From positions 145,702,001 to 145,766,000 of the forward strand of contig NC_058368.1 of NCBI RefSeq assembly GCF_018350175.1: 64,000 bases of DNA, written 5' to 3'. The position numbers and the translations under genes were made by a program. The stretch is from Felis catus. Taxonomy: Eukaryota. The notes beneath the pieces were generated by a model, which saw only the letters and a program-made list of their open reading frames with translations, was not told where the DNA came from and ran no database searches. Positions 1 to 10,508 of this stretch are shown piece after piece; position 1 is the first letter of the stretch; the number at the start of each line of letters is the position of its first letter.

Positions 1-604
1 GGAGGAAAAAAAGTTAATTACATACATAAAGGAACCCCAAAAGATATAATATTTGAAAGACGGCCAGAAGATTGAGGCTCATATACCATCTTGAGCCAAG
101 GAAAGGGATAGGAGTCTGAGCTTCAGAGTGGGGAAGGCAATTCCTGGCAAGGCAAGGAAAATCATGGTGAGAAGAAGAAATGTTTGGTAAACAAAGGTTT
201 CCCTGAATAGATTTTAAAAGTTCTTATCAGAAGAAAAAAAAATTGTAACTATGTAAGGTGATGGGTGTTAACTACATAAATCGCTGTGACCATTTCACAA
301 TATAGACAAATATTGAATCATTATGTGGTACATGTGCAACTAGTGTCATATTATAAATCAATTATATCTCAGTATAAATAAACAAAAAACAAAAACAAAT
401 GTTGCCTTGCCATGCAGATAAATCTCTCAGGTGAAAAAGTGATTTCTGGTAATAGCTCTCTTTCTGGTACATGTCCTCTTTCTAAGGTAAACTTCCCTTA
501 TAAAGTGGTAAATTTTATTCTGTTTTAGAGCTTCTGTCTGTAACTCACAATAATCCTTATGCCAAAGACGCATATTTCGGGGTGGCATATTCTGCTACCC
601 TTCA
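1..604 (-). mobile_element. MER34-like ERV1 LTR (runs off the left edge)
   Basis: The reverse complement of the right end reads TGAAGGGTAGCAGAATATGCCACCCCGAAATATGCGTCTTTGGCATAAGGATTA, matching the MER34-family LTR start as I recall it. An L1 3' end interrupts it. Confidence 0.7.
205..392 (+). mobile_element. L1 3' end fragment (L1MA9/L1_Carn-like) nested in the LTR
   Basis: Typical 3' UTR (aaaagttcttatcag...ttgtaactatgtaaggtgatgg...attatatctc) and an A-rich tail. Degenerate TSD aaacaaaggtttccct (189-204) / aaacaaatgttgcctt (393-408). Confidence 0.8.
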
Positions 605-1129
605 AAAACATATGCTTAAAGAGAAAATGTAAACTGCTACTGAATGTATATGTCAGTTCTTCATCCTTGACATGAGTATTAGTACTGACCACCAAAGGGC
701 AGATGAAAGAAGAGCACTGGTTCTCAGGTACACAAAACTAGGTAGGTGCAGACTCACCCATCTCCTGGGGTTGCTGAGAGGATTAAAGGGATATTATCAG
801 GTGAGAAAAGTACTTTGAAAGCTACAGAACTCTAGTTAGCGTAACATAACGATTGGCACTTGTTCCAAAAGATCTAATGACAAAACTAACATGAATGAAG
901 CAAAATGGCATGTAATTGAATTCTAAATTGGGTTATGTAGATGTCATTCATGTAGGGGCCCAGGGATGAGAAAAATCCAGGTAAAATGAAGTGTTAACTG
1001 AATGCTCCGTGAAAGAGAACAGTTTTGAGCTTGTTATTTAAAGTCAGGTAAAATAAACCATGAGAATGGTGGGTTTGGGGGCAAGTATTCCAGTAAGGGA
1101 GGACTTTAAGCTAAAATAGGTAGGAATAT

Positions 1130-1330
1130 GGGGCGCCTGGGTGGCGCAGTCGGTTAAGCGTCTAACTTCAGCCAGGTCACGATCTCACGGTCTGTGAGTT
1201 CGAGCCCCGCGTCAGGCTCTGGGCTGATGGCTCAGAGCCTGGAGCCTGTTTCCGATTCTGTGTCTCCCTCTCTCTCTGCCCCTCCCCCGTTCATGCTCTG
1301 TCTCTCTCTGTCCCAAAAATAAATAAATGT
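1130..1330 (+). mobile_element. Young CanSINE (SINEC_Fc type)
   Basis: GGGGCGCCTGGGTGGCGCAGTCGGTTAAGCG head, GAGTTCGAGCCC B box, (CT)n and AATAAA tail. Perfect 17-bp TSD taaaataggtaggaata (1112-1128 / 1331-1347). Confidence 0.97.
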
Positions 1331-1392
1331 TAAAATAGGTAGGAATAGGGAAGCGTATGCTGGGACCTGTGAAGACATCTAGAACAAACAGT

Positions 1393-1950
1393 ATCCATTC
1401 ATTTGTTTAATTATCATATATGGAACTCCAGCTCAGTGCCAAGTACTGGAGATAACTAAGACAATAAACTGAGGGTTCTGGCCTCAAGGATTCAAGTCTG
1501 GAGCATCTGTGTTGAAAAGTGTTGGACAATACAGCACAGGTGGGGTTAGAGATATGCAGGAAAACTTCAGTGATGAACAGTGGACTTGAGCTGAGTGATT
1601 ATGATTAAGGAGCATGTGAGAAAAATTCGGAGATAGAAATAATATCAAGGTAAGAATTCACATTAGTTTCTTGACTGAGTCCAACTTTCGACTATTAGCA
1701 GGTCTTTGGATTTGTTGCGTAACTTCTCCGCTGCCCAGTTTCTTTAAATATAGGTGAGGATGATAGACAGTACGGGAAGTCTGTGTATCTTCACTTGATG
1801 TGAGGATTTGGGGTTCCTAGTGTCAAAGGGAAAGTGATTGGAAGGGGGTGGGTAAAGAATCAAGAGTATAAAGAAAGAAGTGTAGAAAACTGAGAAAAAG
1901 AGCAAAAACAGAGGCATGAAGCAAGCCACAAAACGATGATCTCAAAACGC
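1393..1950 (-). mobile_element. L2 remnant
   Basis: Starts cattcatttg...gtgccaagtactggagata, resembling the reverse complement of an L2 3' end. Highly diverged; boundaries approximate. Confidence 0.5.
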
Positions 1951-2029
1951 ATCGGAAGTACATTCAAATGAAAAGGAATAGAAGACAAAGCAAGGGGAGA
2001 AAATGGGTCTCCAAATAGTGGGTGTCAAC

Positions 2030-2195
2030 TGCAGTGGAATGGAAAGAACTGGATTTGGAGCTTGAATTCCTGCTCTCCTACTTGAAAATTTAATGACTTA
2101 AAGCAAGGCACAATCCTATCTTGTTGTTGGAAAGATTCATGGAGATAATGCAGCAAGAAACACCTGACACAGAGTAGGCACTCAGCAAATATTTA
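2030..2195 (+). mobile_element. MIR
   Basis: MIR-like 3' part: gttgttggaaagattcatggagataatg...cctgacacagagtaggcactcagcaaatatt. Confidence 0.6.
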
Positions 2196-4873
2196 AATAC
2201 ATTTAATCTGGGAAGATATATTTTTGCTGTAAAGATATGCTTTTACTATAAAAAGTACTTAATGAGAATAAGACTCGATAGTATACAAGTTGGACATAAG
2301 GGACTGTAAATAAGGCTGAACAAACAGGAGACCGGGTGATGTAGCTGTGAGGCTAACAGTCGAGAATTTCAACATACCTTGGCTAAGTGTTATTCTTCTT
2401 TCTCCAAGGTAGTGATATTTACTGATGAGGTAAACCTAATGAGCATCTACTAGATTTTTCTGCCAGGAGCGCACTGACATTGCCCACCTGCTGTTTCTCC
2501 TCTGAGGTCACCTCATTAAGGAGTATTTCTTATGTGACACCTCATTAGGCTCTTGATACCTCTGGGATGCCATATGCAGAAAGCCATTCAGCAGGAACCC
2601 TGGTACATCCCAAACCCTCTAGGGCTGCCTGGAATAAATGCTTCTGACCAAATAAGACCCTGCATTTAGCACCCCTTTGAAGGTGAGGTCTGTGTGGCCA
2701 CAGGCCTGGTCCTTGGTCCAAGTAGCTGATCCTGTGGTTGTGCTTTGGGCTGAGGCATGAGAATCATGAAGAGATGTGGGTTTGAGGGACAGTGGATCAT
2801 AAAGCACTGTGGCCACAGCAGTGATTTGGTAATGTGTGTCTGTGATGGAGCCAAAGGGGTGACAAAAGGAAGGGATAGCCTAGCACTTGATATCAGAGGG
2901 AACTGGAGGTCCATGCGCCCTGTGGACTCTGAGAAGCAGGGCATTTTTATTTGTTGGTTTATTTGAATCTGAATTTTAATTAGATCATTTCAGCTGAAAC
3001 TGGAAGTCAGAAATTGAATAAATATCTCCTAACTTAAGTAATATGAGAACCTATTCAACAGAGCTGTCTAGAAGACTTGGTCTCAAATTTTTTATTTTAT
3101 TAACAACTTTATTCTCTGCTATTTGCCAAGCTTTGGTTCAGGCATTTTGCTGAGTTGAAAACTGTGGAAATTTGTTGTAATTGGAGGGGAAAGAATCACA
3201 TGTGGTTTCTTCCAAACCTTTTTCCAATTTTTTTTTTCTGTTCTGAATTCCATGGGAAAATTACCCAGAAGGGTTATTTTCTCCTTTAATGATGCAACAA
3301 TGCTTGGTTTGCTTTGCCTGTTTTTATTTTCTAGCTGCATTATAATTACATTTTCCCACACAACTTATTTTTTTTCCTTCCAAATTAGTAGATATAAAAT
3401 TCTGATGGCTCTTTAGGGAGCTAATCTTCAGATATTCTCTCCTTGGGCTGTCCTTTGTGTGGGAATAGATGTTGCTGGACAGCCAGGCCCAGTCTGCAGG
3501 CTTTGTGGCAATCCATCACCCCAGGCCCTTTAATTAGCACTTGCAGGTGAATCACTAATTGGCCCCACATTTGCATACATAAGCCACAGACTTGCAGGTT
3601 TACAGTTATAAATCTTAATCAATCAGACAGGGTATAAATGTTAGAATTCATCCCTCATTCCTTACAATTGCCTCATCAGCTGCTTGCAGAGAGTTGTCCT
3701 ATATTGGTAATTTTCAATTGGTGAAAATGACTTGCTATATTAATTTGTTAGAAAGGCATGGTATTTTGAATAGGAAAGGACTAAGAAAAAACAAAGCAAA
3801 AGCATTTACACAGGCCTCCTTGAGACAGCAGCAGGGGGACATGGTGCTTGAACAATGGCACATGGTTTGATTTTTTATTGCTTTGAGTTCTGTGGTGGCA
3901 TTAACATGGTGAACACTAGCAAAGAAAAGCCTCAAAAGGATTTTATACTTTCCTAAGACAGATCAGTGTAAGCAACAACAGTGAAAGTTCTTTACCCCGG
4001 GCCCATATTGATTCTGACCTTTCGGAACCTGAAAGAAATTCCGGCTTATCAACATTGGATCTGATCAAAGGGACAGTCTGTTCTCAGAACTCACCGTGAC
4101 TCCTGATCAGTGAGGATGCTGTGGACCTTTAGGTGGCTACTTTGCTCGTCAAGGTTTATGATCCTCCGTCTGTGTGGAGGCAGAGATGCTCCCAGCTTCC
4201 AGTCATTTCTAAGAACATTCTAATTGGTAATTCAGTTAAATAATCACCAACATCCCATACTAGTTACGAAAGGATCTCATGTGTTGAGAACTAGACTACT
4301 TATGGGACAAAACCTATACTAGTCCTTGGCCACACAGCGGAATGGAAGCACAAAGGCAATTGATGTGACAAATGCATTGGCCTAGTTAATAGACAACAAT
4401 TTCTTAATTACGTATTTAGTTGCATATGAGTTTCATATGAGAGATAATATCAACGTTTCATTTTAAGGCCATGACCATGGTCCACACAGGGTTCTCAGGC
4501 TAACACAGACTACAATCAGGTAGGTATGGACAGTAGTCAGAGACACCTCTTGTTTATGTTCCTGCCATGTAATTCCTCATACCAGGCCCTAAATGCCCCT
4601 TCTTCCTGAAAAGAAAGTAAGCTAAGGTGGCTTATATTTTTACTTGAGATGATTATAGCACTCCATCTAGACATTAGATGATATTGGCTGTGCCAAGTTT
4701 TTGTTGACTGCAGGTCTCACTGATGACCATGTTTGTTGTATCTCTGTCTTAGAGAGTGCCCTTTTAGATGTTGTGTGATGCCATTTTCCAGCCTTTACCT
4801 AGGTAATACTTTTTCCTTATCCCAAACTAACCTTGTATTGCCCATTCCAATTTCTCTCTCCTATTTCCTCCTA

Positions 4874-4917
4874 ACAAAACAAAACAAAACAAAACAAAAC
4901 AAAACAAAAAACAAAAC
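4874..4917. repeat. (AAAAC)n microsatellite
   Basis: Directly visible. Confidence 0.95.
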
Positions 4918-4976
4918 ACAGGGTGCTTGCTTACTGGGCATGGAGAAGAAGCAAGGAAAGTAGAAAAGCCACATTA

Positions 4977-5620
4977 TGTATTAGCTTTTGCTGTAATATG
5001 TTGTATAACAAACAATACCAAACCTCAGGGTTCTACAAAATCAAACATTAATTTCTCACACACAGGTTTGTGGTCAGCTCTGATGGCTGTGTTCTAGCTT
5101 TTGGGTCAAATTCCTGTCTGTTCCATGTGTCTCTCATTTTGAGGCTACTTGGGGCTTTCTCTTCTCATGGCAGAAGGAAAACAGAAGTAAGCACAAGAGA
5201 CCAAGTCAAACCATACAAGTACATTAAAAAAAAATTTTTTTTTTTTAATGTTTATTTTTGAGAGAGAGACAGAACGCCAGCAGGGGAGGGACAGAGAGAG
5301 GAGACACAGAATCCGAAACAGGCTCCAGGCTCTCAGCTGTCAGCACAGAGCCTGGCATGGGGCTCAAACTCACGAACCCGAGAGCATGACCTGAGCTGAA
5401 GGGAGAAGCCTAACGGACTGAGCTGCACAGTCACCCCCCCCCCCCTTACAAGTACATTCAAAGCTGCTGCTTGGTTGTGGCATGTAGGATACATTGTATC
5501 TGCTCTCATTCCATTAGTCAAAGCAAATCTTAGGGCCAAGGCCCAATGTGAGTGGGATGGGGAAGTATACTCTTCCCACAGTTAAGAGTCAGAAAGGAGA
5601 AAGTGGATGAAGAATGCAAC
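4977..5620 (-). mobile_element. Old MaLR LTR (MLT1H/I-like), split by a SINE
   Basis: tgtattagc...ataacaaacaataccaaacctcag end, plus the attccattagtcaaagcaaatc...ggggaagtatactc motif. Confidence 0.7.
5226..5446 (-). mobile_element. CanSINE
   Basis: SINE body in reverse. 12-bp TSD tacaagtacatt (5214-5225 / 5447-5458). The 5' end has turned into a poly-C run on the + strand. Confidence 0.93.
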
Positions 5621-5745
5621 CTAGCATTCATGGCTGTGTTTCAGTAGGGAGTTTTCAAAAATTTACTGATGCCTACTCTGGGAGTAGTCCTGGGCCCTAG
5701 AGAATTGGAAAAGAGGAGAAATAAAATGTAAAATTTGTTGGTGCC

Positions 5746-5966
5746 GTGTGCCTGGATGGCTCAGTCAGTTGAGAGTCCAACTCTTGATTTTGGCTCAGGT
5801 CATGATCTCACGGTTTGGGGGATTGAGCCCTGTCTATGGCTGTACACTCGCAGTGCGGAGCCTGCTTGGGATTCTCTCTCTTCCTCTTTCTCTCTACCCC
5901 TGCCCTGCTCATGCTCTCTATCTCTCTCAAAAATAAATAAATAAATAACCTTTAAAATAAAATAAA
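5746..5966 (+). mobile_element. Older CanSINE
   Basis: gcctggatggctcagtcagtt...ggctcaggtcatgatctc...(CT)n, then an (AAAT)n tail. Confidence 0.92.
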
Positions 5967-6199
5967 GTGTATCATTGCATATTATGAATGGAAATGCAAA
6001 TAAATTATTTGAGTTACTTTTAAAATTACTTTTGGTATTTGGGTTTTATTTCCTTGAATATAATGTTACTCTAAGCTTGGACCACATAGGATTTCTGGAT
6101 TTTTATGGATTACATATACATTAAAATTTGGTGGCAGACCTGTGAAGGGTTTGAAGTGAATTAGTAGTAGTGTCATTAACCTGTTTGTCAGTCTTGTGA

Positions 6200-6410
6200 T
6201 CTTGTCTGTCTGTTACAGTCTACTCTTCTGATACTGTGTATTCTTGGTAAATTACTTCATCTTGTCAGTTTCCCCTTCTGCAAAATGTTGGTAATAGTAG
6301 TAACTCTCTGACAAGGTTATTGTTTGTATTAAGTGAGGTTATAATCACAAATTAGTACAATGCCTTGCTCATAGTACATGCTCAATAAATGTTAGCTGCT
6401 CATGTTATTA
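6200..6410 (+). mobile_element. MIR
   Basis: Core tcagtttccccttctgcaaaatg and 3' end atgctcaataaatgttagct. Confidence 0.75.
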
Positions 6411-6775
6411 GTAATAGTGTTATTGGTGCCATGGATATGTGAACCTGATAGACTGACATTTGAATCACTTAGAGGGGAGCTTTTGGTGGGGTTTTAAATC
6501 TTCCTTTTTCTTTGAATAAAAAAAAGATTGTTTTTGAAAAGCTTACACTTGATTTATATAACATATAATATAAGTGATAAAAGAGAAATGACAGTTATAA
6601 CCTATTGAACATCATGCAATATTTTTTTTTCTTTTGGTTGTACAAAATTTTAACAAGTACATTTTCTTTCTTTGTTGAAGTTATTGGGAAACCCAATCTG
6701 GGACTTATTAAGCATATAGAAATTGCAAATTTATGTCCTTTCCTTCTTCTTGTATTCTTATCCCTACCATTTAGA

Positions 6776-6820
6776 CCAGCAGTTTTCAACTCTGGATGCA
6801 CTTTAGTATCACCTGGGAGA
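6776..6820 (+). mobile_element. MER5-family hAT MITE, 5' part (remainder at about 8195-8245, after the L1 and SINE)
   Basis: cagcagttttcaactctggatgcactttagtatcacctgggag, continuing after the L1 as aatacctgagccctacccctggatattc. Confidence 0.65.
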
Positions 6821-7367
6821 AAATATTTGCAAATCATATGTATGATAAGGGGTTAATATCCAAACTATATGAGGAATTCATACAACTCAGTAGCAAAAGA
6901 AATCTGATTAAAAATGGAAGAGCTGAGTAGACATTTTTCCAAAAAAGACATACAGATGGCCAATAGGTACCTGAAAACATTCTCATCATTACTAATCATT
7001 GGGGAAATGCAACTCAAAACCACAATGAGATATCATTTCACACCTTTTAGAATGGTTGTTATCAAAAAGACAATAAATAACAAGTATTGGTGAAGATGTA
7101 GAGAAAAGGGAACCCTTGTGCATTATTGGTGAGAATGTAAATTGGTGCAGCCACTATAGAAAACAGTATGGAGGATCCTCAAAAAATTAAAAATAGAACT
7201 ATGATAAAATCCAGCAATTTCAGTTTTGGGTATATATGTGAAGAAAACAAAAGCACTAACTTGAAAAGATACATGCACCCACATGTTCATAGCAACATTA
7301 TGTACAACAGCCAAGATATGGAAAAAGCCTAAATGTCCATCAATGGATGCATGAATAAAGAAGATGT

Positions 7368-7416
<49 letters not shown>

Positions 7417-7957
7417 GAATATTATTCATCCATAAAAAGGATAAAATTTATCATTTGTGACAGCACAGATGGACCTTGAAGGCATTATGCTAAGTGAAAT
7501 AAGTCAGAGAAAGACAAATATATGATCATATTTATATGTGGAATACGAAAAACAGGAGACAAACAACTCCCACAACCATAACAAAGCATGCTTATAGATA
7601 ACAGAGAACAGATTTGTGGTTGCCAGAAGTGAGGGGGAGTGGGGTGAAATGGGTAAAGGGAGTCAAAAGATACAAACTTCCACTTATAAAATAAATAAGT
7701 CATGGGGATATCATGTACAGCATGGTGACTAAAGTTAATATTATAGTATTGCATATTTGAATATTGCTAAGAGAGTAAATCTTAAAAGTTCTTATTACAA
7801 GAAAAAAACTCTATAACTTTGTATGGTGACAGATGTTAACCAGACTTGCAGCAATCATTTCCCAATATATATAGATACTGAATCATTAAGGTGTACACCT
7901 GAAACTAATGTAATGTTATACATCAACTGTACTTCAATTTAAACATAAAATAATAAA
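6814..7957 (+). mobile_element. 5'-truncated L1 (ORF2 C-terminus plus 3' UTR, L1MA9/L1_Carn-like)
   Basis: Decayed WEKIFANH...KTTMRYH...zinc-knuckle region followed by a typical 3' UTR. It joins the MER5 through tgggaga microhomology. Confidence 0.93.
7370..7413. repeat. (TA)~22 microsatellite inside the L1
   Basis: Directly visible. Confidence 0.95.
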
Positions 7958-8160
7958 GGGGTGCCTGGGTGGCTCAGTTGGTTGTGCGTCTGACTTCGGC
8001 TCAGATCATAATCTCACTGTTCATGAGTTTGAGACCCGTGTTGGACTCTGTGCTGACAGGTCAGAGCCTGGTACCTGCTTCAGATTCTGTGTCTCCCCTC
8101 TCCGCCCCTCCCCCACTCACACTGTCTTTCTCTCTCTCAAAAAATAAACATTAAAAAAAT
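7958..8160 (+). mobile_element. CanSINE in the L1 tail
   Basis: ggggtgcctgggtggctcag head, (CT)n and AATAAA tail. Confidence 0.93.
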
Positions 8161-8391
8161 AGAAGTAAAATGATAAACATTCTAAAATAATAAAATCTGT
8201 AATACCTGAGCCCTACCCCCTGGATATTCATATTTATTTGATTTGTTGAGAATCTCTGGACTAAATCTCATTTCTAGAAACCTCAACCCCTTTGTTCTCT
8301 CTTGTTTCTACTCCATAACCAATTAATCAATTCTTCCCTCTCCTACCAAACTATCCCTGATTTCTCAGTTAGGAGAGCTGGAGTTCTACAG

Positions 8392-8748
8392 CTCCCAAGT
8401 CTCAGTGGCTGAAAAGAACAAAGGTTTATTTCTTTTGGCACTGTGTGTCATCCCACAGTATGCAGGGGACCCGCTCTCTGGCTTCTTCACTCCAGGATCT
8501 AGGTTGGCAGCTGTTCATGTCTCTGGAATATGGCTGGTCATGGTGTCGGAGGAAGAGGGCACAAGGACAGCAAACCCTGGCAATGACGTGCTGTAGCCCA
8601 GAAGTAACATAAGTCACATTTGCCTAAGACATTTCGCTTAAAACTGGCCACCTGGCTACACCTAACTTCAGGAAGAGGGAATATGCAAGCCTCTCTTCTG
8701 CCAGAAGGAAAAACAAAATATATGTGGGCAGCCCCAACATCTACCACA
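8392..8748 (-). mobile_element. Old MaLR LTR (MLT1K/L-like)
   Basis: cccaagtctcagtggct...aacaaaggtttatttc...cccagaagtaac...ctaccaca terminus. Confidence 0.65.
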
Positions 8749-10282
8749 TTTGGCAACACTTTGCCATACTTTTCTTCCCTTTCCTGAATTCCCATTGCAC
8801 CCATCAATACCGAATAGAGATTTATCATTTGACTGCATGTTATTTTGAATTTGATATCTGGAAGAGACCTTAGATATAATGTGGTTTAGCCTCCTTACAG
8901 ATTTTGGTTCTTAAAACTAAGGGATTCTAATTTGTTTATTTTTAAACAAAATGATCAAAACAGCAAATGTTTTCAATTTTTCTTTTCAACGAAGGACAAA
9001 ATAACCTATCGTTGGAATGGAGAGCTACTGGGAGGAAATGCATTTCTGCATCTAGCTGCTGTTGAGTGCGTTCCTCATTTAGAGGGGGCCCTGTGTTGTA
9101 GAATGGTTACTTCTTGTTTCCTATTGGCCTTGTGCCTACTTGAATTTTAGTGATATTAACAGTTACTAAGGAAATAAGACTTTTGGAGAAAGCTACATAT
9201 TCTTGGTCATTCCAAAGTTTTATTAAATACATTTTTACCATGAAGTAGCCTCAAGAGATAGGCAGACTAATAAACTAGACACGGTAATCATATCACGTGT
9301 AGAGCAGAAATTATGCTTATTCCCCAGTGAAATAAGACTTCTCAGTCCTCAGTGGAGACAGATGAATTTATCATTCCATAGCAGGAGGGTGGGTCATAGC
9401 CTGGGTGGCAAATTATGTAAATACTAAGGGAGATTCCAAACTCTTCTGTGTGTGCACTAATTTTGATGCCGTGTTAGCAGCTGAAGGTCAAGGCAAAAAA
9501 AAAAAAAAAAAAAGAGAGAGAAAATGGTGCGGGTGGGACTTGGATATCTTCTACTGTAAGGAATATCCCTCTATTTTTTTAAATTCTTTTTGTCTCTTTA
9601 GCATCTGTGCCTATCTTAAAACCTCTACATGATCCTAGAGCACACTTTATTCTGGAAATCCACTGATACTTTTGCCATAAGGTTATTTGACCTCTTTCTT
9701 TCTAATTTCACGTGTCAGTCTTGAGCTGAATAATTTCAAACAGATTTCCCTCCCAAGAACCCTTTTCTTTGTGGAGGAAACCATGAAGAAATACTTGACT
9801 AGTGGGTGAAGTGACAAATACCCTTGACCTCACAAACTATTAGGAATCAATTTCTCAGCATCATATCTAATTATTCTCCCTCTCCCCATTTCAATCCAGG
9901 AATCTCAAGGTTAAGGAAAAGCAGCTGAAAAAACAGTATTCTTGGTTGATGTTCATGTAATGCCCATTTTTTGTTTTCTGTAACTTTAGGATAGGAAAGG
10001 GAGAGAACTTCCAAAATCTGACCCTATAAATGCCCAAAATGTCACGGAAAAAAACACACACACACAAAAACCTGTCCTATTTTGTAGAGATAATACTGTT
10101 TTGAGGAATATTAGAAGTTTTAGTGTCTAATGGTTCTCAAAATGTGGTCCTTATTGTGACACCAGGTATTCTGAGTTGGGAGGAACCTAAGAAGGAATGG
10201 TTGGAGGTCCAGCTATGTGGATGCCCAGCTGGGCCAGGAGGGAAGAGGGGTTTGACTTGGTTGCTTTGAAAAAGTTAAACGT

Positions 10283-10508
10283 GGGGGCGCCTGGGTGGCT
10301 CAGTCTGTTAAGCGTCCGACTTTGGCTCAGGTCATGATCTCACGGTTCGTGGGTTCCAGCCCTGTGTTGAGCTCTGTGCTGACAGCTCAGAGCCTGGAGC
10401 CTGCTTCGAATTCTGTGTCTCCCTCTCTCTCTGCCCCTCCCCTGCTCATGCTGTCTCTCTCTGTCTCTCAAAAATAAATACATACATGTAAAAAAAAATT
10501 AAAAAAAT
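10283..10508 (+). mobile_element. CanSINE
   Basis: Full SINE. TSD aaaaagttaaacgtgg / aaaaagctaaacgtgg (one mismatch). Confidence 0.95.

Noticed and set aside
1130..1210. tRNA-like A and B boxes at SINE heads
   Set aside because: The tRNA-derived Pol III promoter of CanSINE, followed by SINE body and tail; not tRNA genes.
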